From NCBI GenBank assembly GCA_965230975.1, contig OZ246402.1, positions 864,859 through 928,858 on the forward strand: 64,000 nucleotides of DNA, read 5' to 3'. The notes under the pieces are model-generated. The model was given only the letters and a program-made list of their open reading frames with translations, was not told where the DNA came from and ran no database searches. Position 1 is the stretch's first letter; each line of letters starts with the position of its first letter. Origin of the DNA: an uncultured Candidatus Saccharibacteria bacterium (lineage in GTDB: Bacteria > Patescibacteriota > Dojkabacteria > J137). Positions 59,017 to 64,000 of this stretch are shown here, in pieces. The translations under genes and the position numbers were made by a program.

Positions 59017-60261
59017 ATGTACAAAATTACAAAATTACATGCAAGACAAATTATCGACTCTAGAGCAACCCCAACGGTAGAAGTTGATTTAACTTTAGAA
59101 GATGGTTTCTTTGGAAGAGCAGCAGTACCTAGTGGAGCATCTACAGGAACACACGAAGCATTAGAATTAAGAGATGGAGACAAATCAAAATGGATGGGAA
59201 AACAAGTTTTAAAAGCAGTAGAAAACGTAAACACAACAATCTTAAATGCAGTATCAAGCCAAGAGTTTAGCACCCAAGAAGAATTAGACATGTTCTTATT
59301 AAAACTTGATGGCACAGATAACAAGTCAAACCTTGGTGCAAATGCAATATTAGGAGTATCTTTAGCATTTGCACATGCTGTTGCAGCATCTAAAGGCGTT
59401 CCACTTTTCAAATACATAAATGAGATTTATGGAGGTGAAATGAGAATGCCAAGACCTATGTTTAACATTATGAACGGTGGTAAGCATGCAAACTGGTCTA
59501 CAGATGTTCAAGAATTTATGGTTGTTATAGAAAATAGACCTTATAGTGAACAATTAAGAGCTGGTTGCGAGATTTTCTTATCTTTAGAAAAAATATTAAA
59601 AGAACAAGGTAAATCAATTAATGTTGGTAACGAAGGTGGATTTGCACCAGGCTTTGCTAACAACGAAGATGCATTCAACGTAATTTCAATGGCTATTGAA
59701 AAAGCAGGGTACAAATTAGGTGAAGATGTATTCTTTGCCTTAGATGTGGCCTCCAGCGAGTTTTTTAATGCAGAAAAAGGTACTTACACATTAAAGACCG
59801 AAAATAGAGAATTAAGTGCTGATGAATGGTTAGAGACGGTTGTTTCTTGGACAGAAAAATATCCTTTCTTGAGTATCGAAGATCCATTTGCAGAAGATGA
59901 TTGGGCTAGCTGGTCTAAATTCACTGCTAGAGTTGGTTCTAAACTACAAATTGTTGGAGATGATTTATTGGTAACTAATATTAAAAGAGTAGAGAGAGCT
60001 ATTAACGAAAAAGCTTGTAATGCTTTATTAGTTAAAGTTAACCAAATTGGTTCATTAACAGAAACTATTCAAGCTATGAAGATGGGTCAAAATGTTGGTT
60101 GGAACAATGTTATGTCTCACAGAAGTGGAGAAACAGAAGATGTTACAATTTCTCACCTTGCAGTTGGTACAGGTTGTGGTCAAATTAAGACTGGAGCCCC
60201 ATCAAGAGGAGAAAGAACTGCTAAGTTTAATGAGTTATTAAGAATTGAAGAGCAACTGTAA
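59017..60261 (+). CDS. eno: Enolase
   Basis: DSR..PTVEV, VPSGASTG.HEALELRD, LGANAILGVS, IVGDDL, KVNQIGS, SHRSGETED, GQIKTG. Confidence 0.98.
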   Translation: MYKITKLHARQIIDSRATPTVEVDLTLEDGFFGRAAVPSGASTGTHEALELRDGDKSKWMGKQVLKAVENVNTTILNAVSSQEFSTQEELDMFLLKLDGTDNKSNLGANAILGVSLAFAHAVAASKGVPLFKYINEIYGGEMRMPRPMFNIMNGGKHANWSTDVQEFMVVIENRPYSEQLRAGCEIFLSLEKILKEQGKSINVGNEGGFAPGFANNEDAFNVISMAIEKAGYKLGEDVFFALDVASSEFFNAEKGTYTLKTENRELSADEWLETVVSWTEKYPFLSIEDPFAEDDWASWSKFTARVGSKLQIVGDDLLVTNIKRVERAINEKACNALLVKVNQIGSLTETIQAMKMGQNVGWNNVMSHRSGETEDVTISHLAVGTGCGQIKTGAPSRGERTAKFNELLRIEEQL

Positions 60262-60321
60262 TTAGTTTTAAGTTCTAAGTCTTAAGTTATAAGATTTAGA
60301 GCAAAAATATTGTGAAATAAG

Positions 60322-60361
60322 AAAGACCTTCAAAAGAGTAAAATCTTAAGAAGGTCTTTTT
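60322..60361. terminator. Probable bidirectional terminator after eno
   Basis: AAAGACCTTC...GAAGGTCTTT(TT) inverted repeat between convergent genes. Confidence 0.7.
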
Positions 60362-60371
60362 ACTAGAATGT

Positions 60372-60728
60372 TTACCCAAGCGCATTTGTTACTAAAGCAT
60401 TTACATAATCGTAATTGCCATAATTCATTGCCTTATCTAATTCGGTACCTCTACCCAATTGAGGTATAAGAATATCGTAAACAGTATTTATTGGAATAAA
60501 ATGTTCTCTCGCTAGTTTATTCATTATTACTTCAGCTGAAATAAAAATACTAGCGCTTTGCACACTGTCGGTTCTAAGTGCTTCATCAAAGGCTAGTGCT
60601 TGGCCAATAGGTAATGCATTTATTGCAGCTTCAATATCCCCAACTTCTGCATTGAATAATTGACTGAGTATATTTATTGCAGTTGTATAAATATTAGGAT
60701 CGGCTTCAGCTTTAGGTAAATCTGTCAT
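60372..60728 (-). CDS. Hypothetical protein
   Basis: ORF only. Confidence 0.55.
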   Translation of the reverse strand: MTDLPKAEADPNIYTTAINILSQLFNAEVGDIEAAINALPIGQALAFDEALRTDSVQSASIFISAEVIMNKLAREHFIPINTVYDILIPQLGRGTELDKAMNYGNYDYVNALVTNALG

Positions 60729-60796
60729 AGGTTTAAATAATCAGTTAAAAGGGATAAGTTAACAGGTAAATTTCAGATTTCAACTTTTTATCAGTC

Positions 60797-61087
60797 TTAT
60801 GACTCTTCAGTACCTTTCAATCCTTCAACTAAAAGGATTATATCTAATAAAGGGTTCTCACTATCTGAAGTAAGAATCTGATTTACTTTGCTTACGAATT
60901 CGGATTGGTTTGCTATTGGTAGTCTTTTAACGAAAGACAAGGAATAGTATTGTACATAATCAGCTCCAATATCTAAACTCATTATCGTCTGTTCTATTTC
61001 ATTTATTTCGAGATTATAAGCCTGTTGAGCTTCTCTGGATTCCCAATATTTTGGGTCTAAAGGATCTGTCTGTGTAGCAAGAGACAT
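60797..61087 (-). CDS. Hypothetical protein
   Basis: ORF only. Confidence 0.55.
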   Translation of the reverse strand: MSLATQTDPLDPKYWESREAQQAYNLEINEIEQTIMSLDIGADYVQYYSLSFVKRLPIANQSEFVSKVNQILTSDSENPLLDIILLVEGLKGTEES

Positions 61088-61234
61088 AGAAAATAGTTAA
61101 GAAATAATTTTAAAAATATAACATCTTAAAAATAGGTGTCAATAAAGACTACGGACAAAAATTATATAGGATAAATAGAGTTGTAAATAAAAGCCATATG
61201 TCTTAAACTCCACGTATCAAAAATATCTAATAAA

Positions 61235-61831
61235 ATGCAAGTATCGGTACCTGAATTAATAAGAGAATTATCACTCACTAATGAGAGTTCTTCACCTGAA
61301 GAGATAGCCTCACTAATTGCAGGTTTGTTTGAAACCGCTAATAAAGTACGATTAACCTTTCCCGAACACTTAGCCAATTTCAACACAGGGAATTTAACTG
61401 CGGATTGCCGTTTTCTAATATTCATTTTGGCAAAAGTATTAAATAAAAAAGGAATTCGAACGCAAACAATAATTAGATGTAAAGAAACAAATGAAATTCA
61501 TCCAAAACTACTAGTTACAGACCTAAATGGAGTACTGTATTGCCTACATTTTAAGAAAGATGAAGGCAGAGGTAATTTTAATGTAAAATTTGATAGGATA
61601 TCTGAAGATAAAGTAAATGAATACTCCTTACTTTCGGGTTCTCCCGAATTAGTTAGAGACTACCTGGATAGGCTTCACTCAATAAGGAAACTAATTCCTA
61701 AAGATCCATCTGTAAGACTTGATGCTTTTACCAAAAGAAAAGCATTACAACTTATAGAAGAGGTGGAGATAGAGTTTGAACAATTCACTAATAATAAGTT
61801 CTTTCAAACCTTTAAATCAAAATTTGCATAA
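61235..61831 (+). CDS. Hypothetical protein
   Basis: ORF; a C...H spacing (ADCR...EIHP) is loosely reminiscent of transglutaminase-like folds, but weak. Confidence 0.55.
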   Translation: MQVSVPELIRELSLTNESSSPEEIASLIAGLFETANKVRLTFPEHLANFNTGNLTADCRFLIFILAKVLNKKGIRTQTIIRCKETNEIHPKLLVTDLNGVLYCLHFKKDEGRGNFNVKFDRISEDKVNEYSLLSGSPELVRDYLDRLHSIRKLIPKDPSVRLDAFTKRKALQLIEEVEIEFEQFTNNKFFQTFKSKFA

Positions 61832-61852
61832 AAAAACCTCCCCGAAGGGAGG
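61831..61852 (-). terminator. Intrinsic terminator
   Basis: Minus strand CCTCCC-TTCG-GGGAGG-TTTTTT. Confidence 0.8.
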
Positions 61853-61866
61853 CTAAATATCTTTTA

Positions 61867-62118
61867 TTAGATTTCTACACCCATAACTCTGTTTATAATC
61901 TTCTTAACTATCGCTTCTTCTCCCAAGTAGATATTCTCTGTAAATAATTGACGACAAATGGTATCAAACTCTTCTTGATTAATTGTCATTTCACCATTTA
62001 ATATTTCAGAAGCTGCTTTTTTGACATTAGATAAAATAACAACTTCTTGTAGTGTGTCCAAAGGTCTTGTTGGTATTTGATCTGGTTCTGTACCTGGGAC
62101 TCTATCGTAAATTTGCAT
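61867..62118 (-). CDS. Hypothetical protein
   Basis: ORF with upstream TTGACG-18-CATAAT promoter and downstream terminator. Confidence 0.6.
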   Translation of the reverse strand: MQIYDRVPGTEPDQIPTRPLDTLQEVVILSNVKKAASEILNGEMTINQEEFDTICRQLFTENIYLGEEAIVKKIINRVMGVEI

Positions 62119-62237
62119 ACATCTAAGTTAATAAATAAATTGCGACCAGATTATGGCAACAAATAATAATTTTCGTCAAGTAAAAAATTTAGTAATTTTA
62201 GTAAATTAAGTCTTAAGGCTTTTTATAAGATTATAAT

Positions 62238-62546
62238 TTAAACTTCTAACCTAGAAACTGAGCTATCATAAGAGAATCTATCTTTGTATTGATTTAAAGC
62301 AGGGTTTTCTAAAGCAGAAATACCCTTCGCTCTTAAATCTTCCATAACCTTATATGCTAGCCATGGGGACTCTTGCATAACATAATTCAAAAGAGATTTA
62401 TAAAAGCCTGCGTTGCCAGTTTGGACTAAAATTGAATCTAAACCATCTAAAGTAACTTGCAAATCTTCAAACGATGGAGCTTCATCAAAAAAATATAATG
62501 GAAGTGGGTCCTGATCCGAAATAGAATCACTAGGTGTCATAAACAT
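62238..62546 (-). CDS. Hypothetical protein
   Basis: ORF only. Confidence 0.55.
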   Translation of the reverse strand: MFMTPSDSISDQDPLPLYFFDEAPSFEDLQVTLDGLDSILVQTGNAGFYKSLLNYVMQESPWLAYKVMEDLRAKGISALENPALNQYKDRFSYDSSVSRLEV

Positions 62547-62633
62547 GACCTTAAAAAATTATAGGTGAATAATAAGATTAAAATCTATGTTTGTAAATAT
62601 TAACTGGTAACAAAATATTACTATTATCGAATC

Positions 62634-63965
62634 CTAGTTGTTTTTCCACTCTTCAAACTCCTGTTTTACATCTTCATAACCTAGCTTACCTAAAACACCA
62701 TACATAGCATTTTTAGAAAGTTCTACACCTGGCTGGTCAAAAGGATTAATTCCTAATGCATAGCCAAACAGAGTTACACTAACCTCAAAGAAATAGAACA
62801 ATTGACCTAAGTGATAAGCATCTACTTTTGGAATAGAGATAGTAGCATGAGGCCGGCCATATTTACTTAAAGAAAAAGCAGTAGTTTCTTGCTCGTAGTT
62901 TAAAATAGATTGCATGCTTTTACCTTGCATAAAATCAAATTGATTAATCCCTTTAAAATCACCTTTTAAAACCGTATCGTTTCTAGATTCCTCAGCTCTT
63001 ATAAATGTATAGAATTTATCGTTTGCTCCCTCATTATAAAGTTGAAGTTGTGAGTGTTGAAATACTGGACCAACAACAGAAATTGGTGTTTGACCTTCAT
63101 TAACTTCTTCACCATTATCGTTAACTTTTTTGCCCAAACTTTCACCCCATAATTGCTGATACCATTTACCTAAGTCTTCTAAACAATATTGGTAATGCAT
63201 CATTACAGATATTGTCTTTCCTTCTTTATAATTTGCAAATTTGTGTAGAGTGTACTCTAAAACATCATCGCGTTCACCTTCTTTACTTGATTTTATTAAT
63301 TCGTGTAAATCTTGTGCTCCTTGCAACATAGAACTTACATCTATACCAAGTAAATGTGCCGGAATAGAACCAACTGTTGATAGCACTGAGAATCTACCCC
63401 CTACATCACCTGGGAATTCCATTGTTTTGTAACCGCCCTCCTGAGCGATCTCTCTTAAGCTACCATTTGTTTTATCTGTAATAAATGCAATAAATTGTTT
63501 TGGGTCTAATTTTGCTTGTAAATATTGTTCTCTAACATAAACAAAAGTTGAAGCTTGTTCTATAGTATTACCTGATTTTGATACAACTAAAAACAATGTT
63601 CTTTCTAAATTTAATATATCAAATAAAGATGTTAAGTTTTCTGGGTCCGGACTGTCACCAATAAAATAGATTTTTGGTTCGTTATTTAGTGTTATATCTG
63701 CAAATTCGTTGTAATGAGGGTGAAGGAGTGCACTTACTATTGCTCTTGTGCCAAGGTCTGAACCGCCTATTCCAATTACTACAATTGCTTTTTTATCTTT
63801 TATTAATTCGTCTGCAATTTTAAATTGTGGTAATAAATCTCCGTAATTGTATGGAAGTTTTTTAAAGCCTAAATCTTGGGTTAAGAATTTCTTTTTTGCT
63901 TCTTGTAAAAGTGGTCTATAGTTAGAGGAATTGGCTTGAGTGTGTTTTAGGTTTACAGATATCAT
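62634..63965 (-). CDS. pgi: Glucose-6-phosphate isomerase
   Basis: IGIGGSDLG, VSKSGNTIE, VGGRFSVLS, QLWGESLGK, QHSQLQ, INPFDQPGVE.SK. Confidence 0.97.
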   Translation of the reverse strand: MISVNLKHTQANSSNYRPLLQEAKKKFLTQDLGFKKLPYNYGDLLPQFKIADELIKDKKAIVVIGIGGSDLGTRAIVSALLHPHYNEFADITLNNEPKIYFIGDSPDPENLTSLFDILNLERTLFLVVSKSGNTIEQASTFVYVREQYLQAKLDPKQFIAFITDKTNGSLREIAQEGGYKTMEFPGDVGGRFSVLSTVGSIPAHLLGIDVSSMLQGAQDLHELIKSSKEGERDDVLEYTLHKFANYKEGKTISVMMHYQYCLEDLGKWYQQLWGESLGKKVNDNGEEVNEGQTPISVVGPVFQHSQLQLYNEGANDKFYTFIRAEESRNDTVLKGDFKGINQFDFMQGKSMQSILNYEQETTAFSLSKYGRPHATISIPKVDAYHLGQLFYFFEVSVTLFGYALGINPFDQPGVELSKNAMYGVLGKLGYEDVKQEFEEWKNN

Positions 63966-64000
63966 AAGCGTATTTATTAAATATACAAATACGCAAAGTA

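Noticed and set aside
59010-59553. Minus-strand ORFs within eno, and similar short overlapping ORFs elsewhere in the track
   Set aside because: Antisense or alternate-frame shadows of well-supported genes
60266-60300. 7-nt periodic TAAGT repeats after eno
   Set aside because: Only about four degenerate units, forming an AT-rich hairpin beside the terminator; not an array
1-64000. CRISPR array, DGR, IS elements, rRNA, or recoded TGA (code 25)
   Set aside because: No repeat-spacer array, reverse transcriptase, transposase or rRNA motifs were seen; conserved genes are intact in code 11 and some end in TGA

Overview
AT-rich bacterial chromosomal segment read in genetic code 11 (TGA is used as a stop). 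Gene content and style point to a Patescibacteria/CPR genome, though this is inference. The evidence is many orphan ORFs between housekeeping genes, a type IV pilus locus, giant repeat surface proteins, CGDG Cys-rich repeats, A/U-rich or leaderless starts without Shine-Dalgarno sites, and tRNA-Arg(UCG). Recognisable content: a C5-MTase plus NgoFVII-like type II R-M pair; an HI0933 flavoprotein; a DUF3800 gene; metK under a SAM-I riboswitch; pilA-pilB-pilC plus minor pilins; a 2896-aa repeat adhesin; csp; DNA repair genes; an HxlR-yceI-azoR-catE quinone-stress module; ABC-F; hemW; a P1B ATPase; an erm-like methylase with a candidate leader peptide; msrA; dsbB; eno; pgi. The best candidate for an uncharacterised system is the DUF3800 (RNase H-like) gene paired with a ~75-nt structured RNA. 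That RNA has its own convergent sigma70 promoter and overlaps the gene's 3' end. No CRISPR array, rRNA, transposase or integrase was seen.
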